Shown here piece after piece: positions 1 through 12,553 of a stretch of 64,000 bases of DNA; the first letter of the stretch is position 1; each line of letters opens with the position of its first letter. The stretch lies in NCBI RefSeq assembly GCF_964194155.1, contig NC_135881.1, forward strand, positions 209,250,001-209,314,000. Reading direction: 5' to 3'. The notes beneath the pieces were generated by a model. It searched no databases and had not been told where the DNA came from. It was given only the letters and a program-made list of their open reading frames with translations. The DNA is from Cetorhinus maximus (lineage: Eukaryota). A program made the translations under genes and the position numbers.

Positions 1-349
1 TAAATTTAAAAAAAGCAGCCTGCGGGTTTAAAAAAAGGAAAATCAGTGCTTGCTATTTCATGCTGTCTGTTGGCATAAGCGCTATCATTGTAGGATTTGT
101 GCATGACTGATTTCACAACCTATCATTATCACAGTGGTGTGCTTGTCAGTTCACAGTTCCATTGACAGTTCCACATGATTATAAAGTCTTTGATGAGAGG
201 CTGTCAGTAAAAATGCATGTTATTTTAATGGATTAAGTGGTTGAAGTAATTTAAAAGTAGTGAATTTTTTTCCATCAATGAGAGTGTATTTTTTTCCAAT
301 GATGAACTTCGTTAGGAACTTAGAATTTTATTTTACTTGACCTCAGTAT

Positions 350-822
350 CACTCCTGAGGTCTATTCATGGTGGATACTGGGTGATTTGCCATGTAGGGT
401 GGAAAGGCAAAGGGCACTGGGTGGGGGCACAGATTGGCATTAGTTGGCACTAAGTTGCCGTAGGGGCTATAAATAGCCATACAAGTTGTAGAGGGGCATA
501 GGGTGGCATAGACAGTATGAGGGGTCATGGTGGGGAGTTGGGTAGGGCATGAGGTTGCATTGCTTGGCATGGATAGGGCATGGGGAATGGGTGGGGGGAT
601 GAGGTGAGGGAGTGTGAGGGACAAGGGCTGGGGGGTTGTTTTTGTTTTATTGTTTTTTTTTGTTGCTAGGGCAAAGTGCCAGAGTACTGAGGCTAGCCTT
701 TTGCCCTGCCCACTTCCTTACCCGGCAACCCCTGTGTTGCCTGCCAACTGTTTCTGGTGCGGTAGGCATGACTGCTGTTAACACCGCCCCCCCCCCCCCC
801 ACTCCAAGAACAAAAATCTGAC
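350..822. mobile_element. Degenerate Harbinger-type non-autonomous element, partial
   Basis: G-rich degenerate 'ggggcat' repeats, and a terminus 'aaaatctgacc' resembling the TIRs of other Harbinger MITEs in this window. The left end is not found. Confidence 0.35.
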
Positions 823-1434
823 CATCTGGGCACTTTCTCCCTTGCAAATAACATTCAGGCTTGTGGCGCCAGGAACTTCCCTGACTCTGTGCTCTCAACT
901 TGGGAGCAGAAATTCAGGTCTCAGAGTTCTGCCACCTCTCTCCAGTCACCTCAAGGCCCATTACTGATGGTTCTCCTTTCTCATTCTTTGTGCCATTTGT
1001 GTGGGATTTCTGCTGATTTTCTGTGGAAAATATGATAGGAAATGGGGAAGAAATTCGACCCCAGTATCCCTGAGCCTTCTGGCAATAGGATTTTATCAGT
1101 CTCGGTGAGCATTGCCAACTGACATAAGAAAGCTGGTACATGTGGTGGAAATGATTTTTCTGAAGCTATCAGTAGATGTTGTACTATATGGAAAGAATAA
1201 CACTTACAGAATGATTTACTTAGGGGATTTATAGTTTGGTACGCCAAAGTTCTTTGCGTTATGCTTTTTATTCTGAAGAAACTCTGAAATAATGACCGGT
1301 TGTATCAGCTTTCTGTGAATGACACAGCTCACTGAGCTTGACATGGGGCGGAAGTACAGATACGCAGCTTGAGGTTAAAATCTCACACATGATATCTTTG
1401 CACAAAACGGGAATGATTAAAATTTTCGAGAGGG

Positions 1435-2737
1435 GTGTTAGGAAATAGAGATTGCTTAAGTAAGTTATACTTGTATTTGTGGGTGTTAGGAACGAGTTTT
1501 AGCTTTAAAGTTTAAGTTTGATTTGTATTTCTGCATCTGTATGTTAAGAAAGGTCGAATGGAGTTTTAGTTTCGCTTTAAAAGGCTGCTTGACTTCTAAT
1601 GAGGTGCTTACAGCCCCTATAAAGTAAAAGTAAACACATAAGAGTAGGAAGAACAGTGCTGTTGCTGTTGCAACAGGGGGCCAGGTAAGCAGGTTCCTCC
1701 CACAGACACACACACACACAAGAGGACAGACAGTAGTTTTGATTTGGAAGCTGTGGAGTTCAGCTGGTTTTTGAAAGTTGCTGCCAGGAGAGACTGGAGC
1801 AAAGGGGACAGAGAGCCAGTCCCAAGCTAAAGAAAAACTCCAAACATCCAGGGTAGTGGAAGAAGAGAAAGTCCAAAGAAGACCTTCTAGTTAAAAGGAC
1901 AGGAACCTGGGAAAAGGTCCTGTTAAGTGAAGATAAGAGCGAGGGGCAGAGAGAAAAGCTCCAAGCTTCAGATTTAAAGTGAGAACAGCTTGCAAGAAGC
2001 AAGAAGCTTCAAAGAGACAACTGAAGGTCTGTGATTCTTTGCTATGGGCATGTGAAGCAGTGGTGTCCTGTTAAGGCTGAGTTGGAGAGAGAGAGTGCGT
2101 GGAAGACAGCTTGAGTGCATGTGGTGACCCAGGTAAGAGGAACATCAGAAGGAGAGTTTGAAACCCTGGAGGTGAACCCTTGCGGAAGGCGACTGAGTGA
2201 AAATGTCAGTTTGGGAGAAGATTCCAAGGCGAGGTCCTGGAGAGTGAGGATTGGAATCCCTCATGTAAAGGACGGAATTCAGAGGGACCGGTTGGCTCAC
2301 AGTGTGACATGTGTCTGGGGGGAGTTGAGGAGAGATCCACAGCATCTGGTTGATGTGGCACCTGTCACTTGGTTTTAGAGTGTGGTGTGTCTGACCACAG
2401 GTCGCCATAGGTTTACTTGGACTGGGTATTTACTGTGAATATTAGAGTATAAGATAGCTTTTGTAACTTGTGTTATCTTTACAAATCTGTATATGTTTGT
2501 AAAGGTATAGTTGTGGGTGAAGGAATATTGTAATACAGTTCGTTTTTTCTCATTTAATAAATGTTTTATCATTTTATTTAAAGTTCATCAGCTAACTCCT
2601 ATGCCTCTGTTCAGGAGCTACTCTCCACGTATCTAAACAAACAAAATAAAAGTTAGGATCTATCAAGCTGGATCATTTATTAAATGAGAAAAAACGAACT
2701 ATATTGTCCAGGGGTTACCTCAGCTCGGATCATAACA
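1435..2737 (+). mobile_element. Solo LTR (Gypsy-like), family A copy 1
   Basis: (G)TGTTAGG...TCATAACA termini (TGTTA/TAACA inverted repeat); AATAAA near 2556; 'aggg' at 1431-1434 and 2738-2741; highly similar to 33095-34372 and 18156-20210. Confidence 0.9.
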
Positions 2738-4287
2738 AGGGTACGTCACAACTTGTCCATTGCTTACTTCTCTCACAAGGTTTGAATGATTGAACATAAA
2801 CCAACTTGCAACGTTAACATTGTCAGCCTTAGTCATCATGTAGTCTTTTATTTCAGTTGAATTGAAAATTCTGGATAGCTCCTTGGTCAGTGAAGAGTCT
2901 GTCCCCTCCAACTGGTGAGTGGCCAATTAAAAACAATTTGGATTTTAGCTTGTGATATCCTTCCATGGTCGCACAGGATTCACTGCAATTCCTGTACAAC
3001 CACAGGATCTTTCAAAATAGGAGCATGGAGACAGCTGATGCATCTTCATCCCATTTCTGAATTGACTCCAAGTACCTCATGTTCTGACTCTCGAGCATCA
3101 GAAAGAACTTTTAGTAAGGCTGATTGTAACAGAAAACAAAGTAAAATCGAAGTACATGGTTCTGCTGCATTGTAACTCTGTTTCTCAGCACAGCCTTAAG
3201 ATATCACACATCAGCTGTAGGTCCTAGATTAAACTGTCTCAATACTAACAGACTCGTAGCTTTAAAATAGTGAGGTTAACGTATGTAGTCAACAATGAAT
3301 AATGTTTCACTGTTATTAAGTGGACTGATTTATGAAATAACCAGATGTCCTTTGATTACTTTGAAAGGATATCGTGAAAATCTAAATTTTGTAAAGACGT
3401 TGTAGTTTTTGACTTGTCGTTGCTTTGGGACGTTATGATGGGAAGTCTTCGCAATGAGAACAGGAACAAAATAAGGATCTGCAACATGTACAGGTTAATT
3501 GGAATGCTCTTTTAAAGGAAGCATTGGCTCAGTGGCTGATTAATTCACACACAATCTAATGGGAAGAAGAGAAAACCACCATGCTGCTTTATAGGAACAG
3601 CTTGGATGGGGTCAATGCTTTTTAAGCCAAACTCTTAGTTGGTACTGAAACCCATTCATTATTGCCTTCCACTGGTTAGTGCTGGCTGCTTTTGACAGGA
3701 GATTAAAGTTTCAAGCAGAAGTAATGGAAAAAACCTATGACTCGACTGCTTACACCAAGTAATTTCTGTCACAGACAATACATTCTCTAACATTCTGTAT
3801 TAGTTTGAACATGAACTAAAAATGCTCAGCTTCCTTTATAGTCTGATTCACCCATGTCAGCCCACTCACCCATTTCAAAGCCCCTCTTTCTGCCAATCAA
3901 CTCAATGTGCAATATGAACTTTTCACACAGCCAGTTGTAATGATCCATAAATCCATCTCTAGCTGTCACCTACTCACTATATTTGCCTCTATGACTTGTG
4001 CTGCACCTTGTCGATCTCAAACAGTATTGCAGGGAGCGAATGGTGTGGGGCAGCACCAAACTTCAACAGCCCAAGGATTGGGGAGAACTTTTAAGATGTC
4101 TGCCTCCAGGTAACAAGTCTTTTTTAAATTAATTAATTCTTGTGAAATAAATAATTAATGAAACCTTTATTCACTGACGCTCAACAAATAAATATTTATG
4201 TAATACCACTGTTATCAAATTGTAAGTATGAACATGAAACACAAGAATTCTAATGATTCCCCAGGCGAAATATGAGCAATGCCCACT

Positions 4288-5578
4288 CATAAGATCTTAA
4301 GACCATAAGATGATAAGAAATAGGAGCAGGAACAGGCCATTTGGCCCATCGAACCTGCATCGCCATTTAATAAGATCATGGCTGATCTGATTTGTTTTTA
4401 TTCATTCACGGGATTTGGGCTTCGCTGGCTGGACCAGCATTTATTGCCCATCCCTAGTTGCCCTTGAGTGGTGGTGAGCTGCCTTCTTGAACCATTGTAC
4501 TTTCCTGCCTACCTGCCATAACCCTTGACTCCATCATCAATCAAAAATCTGTCTAACTCAGCCTTGAATATATTCAATGACCTAGCCTCCAGTGGTCTCT
4601 GTGGAAAAGAATTCCAAAGGCTAATGACCCTCTGAGAGAAGAAAATCCTCTTCACCCCTGTCTTAAATGGGAAACTCATTATTTTTAAATTGTGGCCCTT
4701 AGTTCTAGATTCCCTCATGAGAGGAAATATCTTCTCAGCATCTACCCTGTCACAGAATCTTATATGTATTAATAAGGTCACCTCTCATTCTTCTAAACTC
4801 CAATGAGTATAGGCCCAACCTTTCCTCATAAGACAACCCTTCCATCTCAAGAATCAGCCAAGTTAACCTTTGCTGAACCACTTCCAATGCAAATATATCC
4901 ATCTAGATGGGGTCTCACCAATGCCCTGTACAGTTGTAGCAAGACTTCCCTACTTTTATGCTCCATCCCCCCTGCAATAAAGGCCAAGATTCCATTTATC
5001 ATCCTAATTACTTTTTGTACCTGCACGCTAACCTTTTTGTGATTCATGTACAAGGACACCCAGATCCCTCTGTGCCGCAGCATTCTGCAATCTCTCTCGG
5101 TTTAAATAATACTCTGCTTTTCTATTCTTCCTGTCAAAGTGGACAACCTCACATTTTCCCACATTACACTCCACCTGTAAATTTGCGCCTGTTCACTTAA
5201 CCTAACCCTTCACAGACCCTTTGTGTCCTCCTCTCAACTTGCTTTCCTACCCATCTTTGTATAATTAGCAAATTTATCTACAATACATTTGGTTCCTTCA
5301 TCCAAGTCATGAATATAAATTGTAAATAGTTGAGGCCCTGGCACTGATTCCTGTGGCACTCCACTAGTTGCAGTTTGCCAACCTGCAAATGACCTACTTA
5401 TCCCAACTCTCAGTTTCCTGTTAGTTAGTCAATCCTCTATCCATGTTGATATATCAGCCCTAACACCATGAGCTCTTCCTTTGTGCAGTATTTTGTGTGG
5501 CACTTTATCGAACACCTTTCAGAAATCCAAAGACACTATATCTATCGGTTCCCCTTTATCCACCCTGCATGTTACAAC
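4288..5578 (-). mobile_element. CR1 (HER1-like) LINE, 5'-truncated 3' part
   Basis: RT C-terminal peptides 'LLQLYRALVRPHL' and 'FFSQRVISLWNS' in minus ORFs; 8-bp tail microsatellite at 4288-4320. Confidence 0.9.
4395..4497 (-). mobile_element. 3' tail fragment of the tRNA-headed LINE family, nested in the CR1 3' UTR
   Basis: 'agcatttattgcccatccctagttgcccttgag...gagctgccttcttgaacc' matches 26170-26285. Confidence 0.85.
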
Positions 5579-5752
5579 ACTCAATGATATTTTTCCCATT
5601 GATTGAACCTTGTTTTGCAGTTATGAGGAGACAAAGACACAAGGACAGAAATTGGGCCTCATTTAACCCCCTGAAATTGGCAGAGTAAAGCTCAGTTTTG
5701 TGGACCAATGTCCTGCACATTAAGCACACCTGAGAAACATCTGACCCTAAAA

Positions 5753-5948
5753 GAGGCATTCAAGAGGGCATTGAGGCATTCAAGAGGGCATTAGATGATT
5801 ATTTATATTCAAATAATGTGCATGCGTATGGGGAAAAGCAGGGCAACGGCACTAGGTCATATTGTTCATTTGGAGAGCTGGTGCAGACATGATGGGTCAA
5901 ATGGCCTCCTACTATGCCATTAAAATTCTGCAAGTCTATGATTCTGTG
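5753..5948 (+). mobile_element. CR1 3' end fragment with a 20-bp tandem duplication at its 5' junction
   Basis: 'gaggcattcaagagggcatt' occurs twice (5753-5792), then a CR1 3' UTR 'gatgggtcaaatggcctcc' and a tail-like repeat. Confidence 0.7.
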
Positions 5949-6144
5949 AGGATAGCTGGTTTCTCAGGTGTCCCTGGCAGACACTTAAAATTGCTCTTAG
6001 GCCCCTTGTTGGCATATTTAAGAAACATAATGCCTGTTTTAAGCCCCCTTGCAGATATTTGACTGAGATTGCTGCTGCCCCTCATCAGGATTCCAACTGA
6101 AGTTGGGATTAATTATTTTGATCAAAAGTCAGCTTTTGAAGCCA

Positions 6145-7220
6145 ACAACATTTATGTAGCACCTTCACCTTCAGGAGGTTATAACACTTCACAGGTGAGT
6201 TAGAAAGTAAAATCTGGTAAATTTGGTATTGAATCACTTAAGGAGGTATTAGGGCAGTTGAACAAAAGTTTGATTGAAGAGGGAGCTCTTAAAGTATGTT
6301 CAAAAGGAGCTAAAAAACAGTAGAGAGGTGGAGAGGTGTCGTGAGGGAATTCCAAAGCTTAGACATGACCTCCAATGGTGGAGTGATTAAAAATGGGGGA
6401 TTTGCAAGAGATCAGAATTAGAGCAGCACAGAGATTGCAGGATATTGTAGGGCTGGAGGAGGTAACCGGGGTTGGGAGGGGTGAAGCCATGGAAGGATTG
6501 GAAAACAAAGCTGACCATTTTAAAACCAAGGCATTGCTGGATCAGGAGCCATTCTAGTTTAGCGAGCAGAGGAGTGACAGGTGATCAGGACTGAGTGTGA
6601 GTTCGGACATGGGCTGTGTTGGATGACCTCAGAGGGGAGAACATGTGAGGCTGCGCAGGAGTGTGTTGGTATCGTCAAATTTTGAGGTTACAAAGGCTTG
6701 GACGAGGATTTTAGTAGCAGATAAGCTGAGGCAGGGATGGAGGGGGGCGATGTTATGGAGTAAAGGATGGTTTAGTCTCAGACAGTTGCCAACAAGAGGA
6801 ATGGAGTAGGTATAGGGAATGGAGTTTGTGGTAGGGACCAAAGCCCGTGATCTTCCTAATATCAAATTGGAGAATATTTCTGCTTATCCGGAACTAAATA
6901 TCAAACAAGCAGTTCAACAATTTAGAGACAGTGGAGGGGTGATGGTGAGGTAGAGCTGGCTGTTGTCAGTGAACATGTGGAAATTAATGCTGTGTTTTCA
7001 GATGATGTCGCTGAGGGGCAGCATGTAGGTGAGAAATAGGAGGGGTCCAAGGATAGGTGCTTGAGGAACATGAGGGGTAATGGTGCAGAGGGAGAAGGAG
7101 AATCCATTGCAGGTGATTCTGCAATTAGATAGGTAAAAATGGAACCAGGTGATTGTAGTACCACCCAGCTGAATGATGGAGGAGAGACATTGGAGGTTGA
7201 TGCTATGGTCAACTGCAAAA
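6145..7220 (-). mobile_element. L2 LINE 3' part (RT remnant)
   Basis: 'VPQAPILGPLLFLTYMLPLSDII' and 'ILVQAFVTSKFDDTNTLL' are L2 RT motifs; L2 3' terminus 'catttatgtagcacctt' near 6150. Confidence 0.85.
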
Positions 7221-7360
7221 GCACCTCTGGCAGTGCAGCACACTCAATGCTGCGCTGAAATGGCCACCTTGATATTTGTGCTCAAGACCTGGAGTGGACT
7301 GGACCCCATTAACCTTCTGACTTAGATGCACGAGGGCTACGAACTGAGCCACGGCGGACA
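7221..7360 (-). mobile_element. tRNA-derived head of a Deu-domain (SacSINE1-like) SINE, abutting the L2 body
   Basis: Minus strand reads 'gccgtggctcagttcgtagc...cagaagg...ccactccagg...tgctgcactgccagaggtgc'. It has an A-box-like motif and matches the head at 42950-43030. Confidence 0.7.
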
Positions 7361-8489
7361 ATTCATCTCCCAACCTTCCTCCGCATCATTTGAATAAACA
7401 AACGTTGGAATGCCGCCTAAAGAAAGTCAAATTGTTGCATAAAGAGAATTGCGCTGATGTGTTTGTCCAATCTCTCCACAATGCACAGGTTTAAACCAGG
7501 GTTCACTGGACCTTACTGGGCTGGGGTAACTTCCTCCAGCTACCAAAGTAGAAGCTCTGGGAAGAATATCAACTTTTGCCCCAGGTTTTTGATTGAGGTT
7601 TAGGCCCCTTAAAAAAAGTTGTTAATAAATGTTCTTAAAAAGAAAAAAAATAAACAATTGTAAGGGTAACATGGTAAGCATGTTATTATGAAACATAATG
7701 TTATCTGTTTATCGTGCCAGTAACCTTATTAGAAATTTAAGTTAGTGAAAGAAGTGGTTGCTGAAGATTTGCAACTTGTTTGGGTTGTTTGATTGGTTCT
7801 ACATCGTCTTTATTGGTGGATTTTGATGCTGCCAATTACCCAGGGTCTGGATTTGTTGTTGTTTGATTATTATCAAATTAGGGTCAATCAATTGTCAAAA
7901 ATCTACTGATGCTCGAGGACAAGACACCAATCATTTAATTCTGAGGTACGACACAGAAAGTGAGATATGTTGGATAGGGAATGTGTGGTGTCGGAATGGC
8001 TGCATGTTACTCCAAGTGGATCTGGCACTTCACAATGGCAGTGGTTTATAAAGAAACCTATCTGTGGTGACGGGAATATTTGTAAATTAGATTAAATGGG
8101 AAGGAATCCAGAAGACTGTGCGATTAGCTGAGTGGGCTGCGAAGATAAGCAATGGGGGGGTTTGGGCAGCGAGCAATTTGGGGAGAGAGGATCTTTGAGT
8201 ATTTGGGTCAGGAATTTCCGGGTCAGTGATCACCTTTGGGCTTGTGAAACACCAGCTTGATGTTGGGGCAAAGTGAATACGTGAGTAGAGAGTAGTCACA
8301 AAGGGAGCAGTCTGTTTTGGGGGGAAGTGGAATGGTTATGAAGAGCAGAAATTAGTTGAAAAAGTGAGTAATGTTATTGGCCTGTGAGGGGCAGTAGGGT
8401 TAGCAGGAAGGACTGTGAGTTTGTAAGCGGATAGCACACCACTGGGGCAAAGGGGCAGCAGTGGGGATTAGTAAGAAAACAAAGATTCG

Positions 8490-9190
8490 GGGCAGAGCTT
8501 TTCGTCCTGTGGTTGGGTGCCTCCCCGATTCGAATGGGAGTAAGTGGAGCGCGATGATGTTGGGTAAGTGTCCTGATGTCACCGCGCACTCTCGCGGTCT
8601 TTCGGTCAGCAGGCAGGCATGAAGGGCGGTAGCACACCTGCTGACAATTGAGAGGCCTATTAAGGCGCTTAAACAAATAATTAAGTTGTCTTTTTCAATG
8701 CCTGCTGAACTGTTTGGCTGGCGGGCAGGCTAATAGGCCAGGCGGCCTTTGCATTTTTTACGAAACCTCATCCACAGGTGGGGTGAGGTTTCCAACGGTT
8801 ACTAAAAAAATATATTTAAAAAATTTTATATCATTTTTAACATGTCCCTCTTTATGTGACTGAGTCACATGTGGGGACATGTTTAGATCATTTGTATAAT
8901 GTTTATTTTTCATTTTAAAATTCTTCAGCTCCTTGAGGCAGCTCTGTGCCTTCAGGGAGGTTTCAGTGCCACACTCCCCGCCCCTGCGCAGACTTCAGCG
9001 CTCGCGCTCCTCCCGCCCGCACACACCGGCAGAGCTGATGCTCTTAGTGTGTGTGTCTCACGCTGGGTGGCCATTAATTGGCCAGCCAGTGTGAAATCAC
9101 AGTCAGGGCCCGATCGCGGGCGATGGTCCATCTCGTGGCCGTTCCCAGGCCTGTCCGCCAAGCCCGCCCAATGCGGGGAAAATCCTGCCC
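8490..9190 (+). mobile_element. PIF/Harbinger MITE, about 700 bp
   Basis: TIRs gggcagagcttttc / gaaaatcctgccc; 3-bp flanks tcg/ttg; CpG-rich; homologous to 16502-17110 and 18394-19077. Confidence 0.85.
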
Positions 9191-10146
9191 TTGGAATCAT
9201 GGGAGTTGAGTGGAGGAGGAGGTGGCTTGGAGGAAAAGTGTGGAGAAGTAATCAAAGGAAGAGGAACGGAGGACCCAAAGAATAGAATGGAGCAAGAAAT
9301 GGAATGGAAAAGAACGGGAAGTATGGATGGACTCTTGAAAATTTAACATTCCAGTTTGAGATGAGGAAATAGCTCGGCCATGATGGAAGGAGTACTGGCA
9401 GCAAAGAGTCATGGACTACAAACATTTCAACAAGATATGGTGAAGGATCTTGGTTGTTATGGGGTCAAAGTGGTTATGGTTGAGTAAATTGTGACTGAGG
9501 AGAGCAGTGGTTAGGAGAGTGACATTGCTAAAGAAGGAGAATACAACCTTAACAGAGGAGGGAGAAGTGGAAATGCAGAATATTTAGAGAAGTGTGGAAT
9601 GACTGCCAATGGTGAATTAAGGGGAGCGGGAGATTCACAAGAGGCTAGAGTTTGAAGAATGAGAGGGTTATTCAACTGAAAGAGGTTAGAGAGATGTTGG
9701 AGGTGGTGGCGGGGGGGTTGAGGCCATGCATTTGAATGCAGGTATGAGATTTTTAAAAAATTGTAAGTATTGGTGGATCACTTTAGGCTAGTGAGCACAG
9801 GACTATTGTCTGGACAGGATTTAACGCAGATATGGGCAATAGAGTTTGGATTAGCTGAACTTGGAGTTTGCGTGCTGGGAGCCTGGCTATTAGAGCATTG
9901 GAATAGTGGAGTCTGGAGGTGACAAAGTCAATAATGAAGGTTTCAGTAGCCACCAGGCTGATAGGGAGATGACAGCTGAAGTTACACAGCTGGGTGTTTG
10001 CAGTGTTTGTGACGGAGTGGATATAGGGTCAGAAGTTCAGCTGTGAGTCAGTGCAATATTGAAGTTCTGAAGAGATAGCTAAATGCTGAGACAACGACCA
10101 TGGAGGGGGATGAAATCAGAGAGGAGAGGACAGGTTAGTGACATGA

Positions 10147-10260
10147 GAACATAAGAAATAGGAGCAGGGGTAGGCCATTAGGCCCTTTGAGCCTGCCCTA
10201 CCATTCAATAAGATCATGGTTGATCTGATTGTGGCCTTAACTCCACTTTCCTGCCTGTCT
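10147..10260 (-). mobile_element. CR1 3' UTR fragment
   Basis: 'gaacataagaaataggagcagg...aataagatcatggttgatctg' matches the other CR1 tails. Confidence 0.85.
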
Positions 10261-10261
10261 C

Positions 10262-10385
10262 GGGGTCAAAAATCCTGTAATTTCCTACAGCACTGTTTGG
10301 GTATCTATACCACATGGACTGCAATAGGTCAAGAAGGCTGCTGACCACCACCTTCTTAAGTGCCGGCCTAGTCAGTGACACCTAT
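10262..10385 (+). mobile_element. 3' fragment of the tRNA-headed LINE family
   Basis: 'gggtcaaaatcctg...cacatggactgca...ccaccaccttc' matches 16238-16335. Confidence 0.8.
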
Positions 10386-12069
10386 ACAAAGGATGGGGAC
10401 ATGCCTGAGGAGAGGAAGCAATTTATAATGTCAGCAAGCATGGGGGGAGAAGAAATATGGGTAGTCAGCAATTTCAAGAGATTGGAATCAAGAGAATGGG
10501 AGGTAAATCTCATGGGCAAGATAAGCTCAGAGAGGACACAAAGGGAGATAATAATCCCAATAAGGTGGAGGGGATCCTTGGGGAAATTTGGCTAGATGGC
10601 AAGGGAGAGAGATGTGATGGAGGCAGCTGAGACAAAAATAATCAGCAAATTTATTTAAGCTTTGGTGAAGTGGAGTTGCTACCTTCACTTTACGGTAATG
10701 AATCTCCTCTGGGACCTCAAGGAACTTGGGAAGACAAAGCATGGAATTTATCCCTGCTCTCAGTCAATATTTTAAATGACAAGAGTTCATTTATACAAAG
10801 TTAACTTCATGCTTTTATGAAGATAGTTCATTGATAAACAGAAGCTTATCTCACTTGATTATTTGGATAGATTTTTACCAAACCTCATGATATGAATAAT
10901 AAAGCAGTTCCATGCCTGTGGAGATTAGTGTGACATTTCTCCAACTGCTTTTATTGATGAAAGCACATCTCCTATATCTGAATATCTGAAAGATGAGTTG
11001 CCGTCACAGGGATCATCAACATTGATAATGTTATCAATGAGAATGATTGGTAGAAGGAGTCAAAAGTTAACTGATTATGTAGTTACCCATTAAAAGATTA
11101 TTTTTCCTTCAGTGTACTGTGTTCTGTAGCCATTTGGTAATTAAAATTAGGTGACAGAATTGGTTCATTTTATTTATTGCAAGCCTTGCTGTCCTCCTTA
11201 TACACAAGTTCATCTCTAACAATAGCAGAAGCTTATCAGATTAGCTCCAAAGTACCTTACTGCTTAAGTTCACTCCGTTAATAACCAACACAACAGTCTT
11301 CTGTTTTGAATTTCATCTCAAGTAGATTGGAAACATGCACTCTCCTGCCTCAATTATACTCAGACTCACAGAGAGTGCATTCAGTTTGGGGCCTGATGAT
11401 CTGAGCTGTGTATATCCCCTGCAGTTTATAATTAGAACAGCCTCGATTTAGTTCATGCACTGCGATGCTGGCAATTACCTGCCTGATAAGTGTGCTGACT
11501 TTTTTTATCTATTTGGTAAAAACGGCTGGAGATTCACCTCAGATATTTTATACCAGCTTAATGTGGGTCCCCTGTTTCACAGCTCGAGCCACCTTAGAGG
11601 TCAAACAATGGGAGCTTTTAGTTTGAATCACCCTGAGAGGAAGTTTTTTTTTTTATTGCCCTGTTTCTACATGAGCACAGTATAATGTCAGAAACACTCA
11701 CAGCAAATGTGACTTCGGGATCCATGGAGAGGATTGTTGGAGAGGGGAGGGTTCTAAGACATAAATGGCTCTCCTGGGGTTTTCAAAGCGTTCTGCAGTC
11801 AGACATTGTGAGACAAGATTGTAAATCTTTTACAACAGCTCAGTTGTGAATGACATGAAGAGTTTCATTTTATTTCCATTGTTCTTATAGACGTTCTCAA
11901 ACTTTTTGGTTGAAGGACCCATTTTCAAATGGATCAATAATCACAGGCCCCGCCCACCCTCTAAATTATATTACTTAGTAATAGAGTATGAAAGTGAACA
12001 ATGTTTTAATACAAAAACAGAATTACCTGGAAAAACTCAGCAAGTCTGGCAGCATCGGTAGAGAAGAAA

Positions 12070-12112
12070 TCAGTTAACGTTTCGAGTCCTCACGACCCTT
12101 CGGCAGAACTGA
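12070..12112 (-). ncRNA. Minimal type I hammerhead ribozyme motif, inverted copy
   Basis: Exact reverse complement of 12511-12553. Confidence 0.7.
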
Positions 12113-12510
12113 GTATAGTTAGGAGAGAGGTGAAATATAAGCTGGTCTAAGGTGGGGGGGGCGGGGGGAGAGAGAAGTTGAGGGTGGGGTGATTGTGGGG
12201 ATAAGCAAGCAGTGATAGGAGCAGATAATCAAAATATGTCACAGACAAAAGGATCAAAGAGGTGTTGAAGGTGGTGATATTATCTAAGAAAAGTGCTAAT
12301 TAAGAATGGAAGGCAGGATACTCAAGGTACAGCTCTAGTGGGGGTGGGGTGGAAAGACTAACAAAGTTTAGTAACATCTTGTGACATCTTTTGATTATCT
12401 GCTCCTATCACTGCTTGCTTATCCCCACAATCACCCCACCCTCAACTTCTCTCTCCCCCCGCGCCCCCCACCTTAGACCAGCTTATATTTCACCTCTCTC
12501 CTAACTATAC

Positions 12511-12553
12511 TCAGTTCTGCCGAAGGGTCGTGAGGACTCGAAACGTTAACTGA
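12511..12553 (+). ncRNA. Minimal type I hammerhead ribozyme motif (variant core CUGCCGA)
   Basis: tcagtt-CTGCCGA-a-gggtc[gtgag]gactc-GAAA-CG-TT-aactga: helix I tcagtt/aactga, helix II gggtc/gactc, palindromic AACGTT helix III region. Confidence 0.7.

Larger units (their letters stand above)
8090..10745 (-). mobile_element. Old fragmented L2 LINE remnants, interrupted by a Harbinger MITE and CR1/LINE tails
   Basis: Minus strand 10390-10500 resembles the L2 RT start (..IIN..LSSG..P); 9770-9940 resembles the L2 C-terminus (LP...KLQL.QN). Highly diverged. Confidence 0.55.

Noticed and set aside
11229-11245. 'agcttatcaga' resembling the miR-21 5' end
   Set aside because: The match stops after 11 nt and there is no precursor hairpin.
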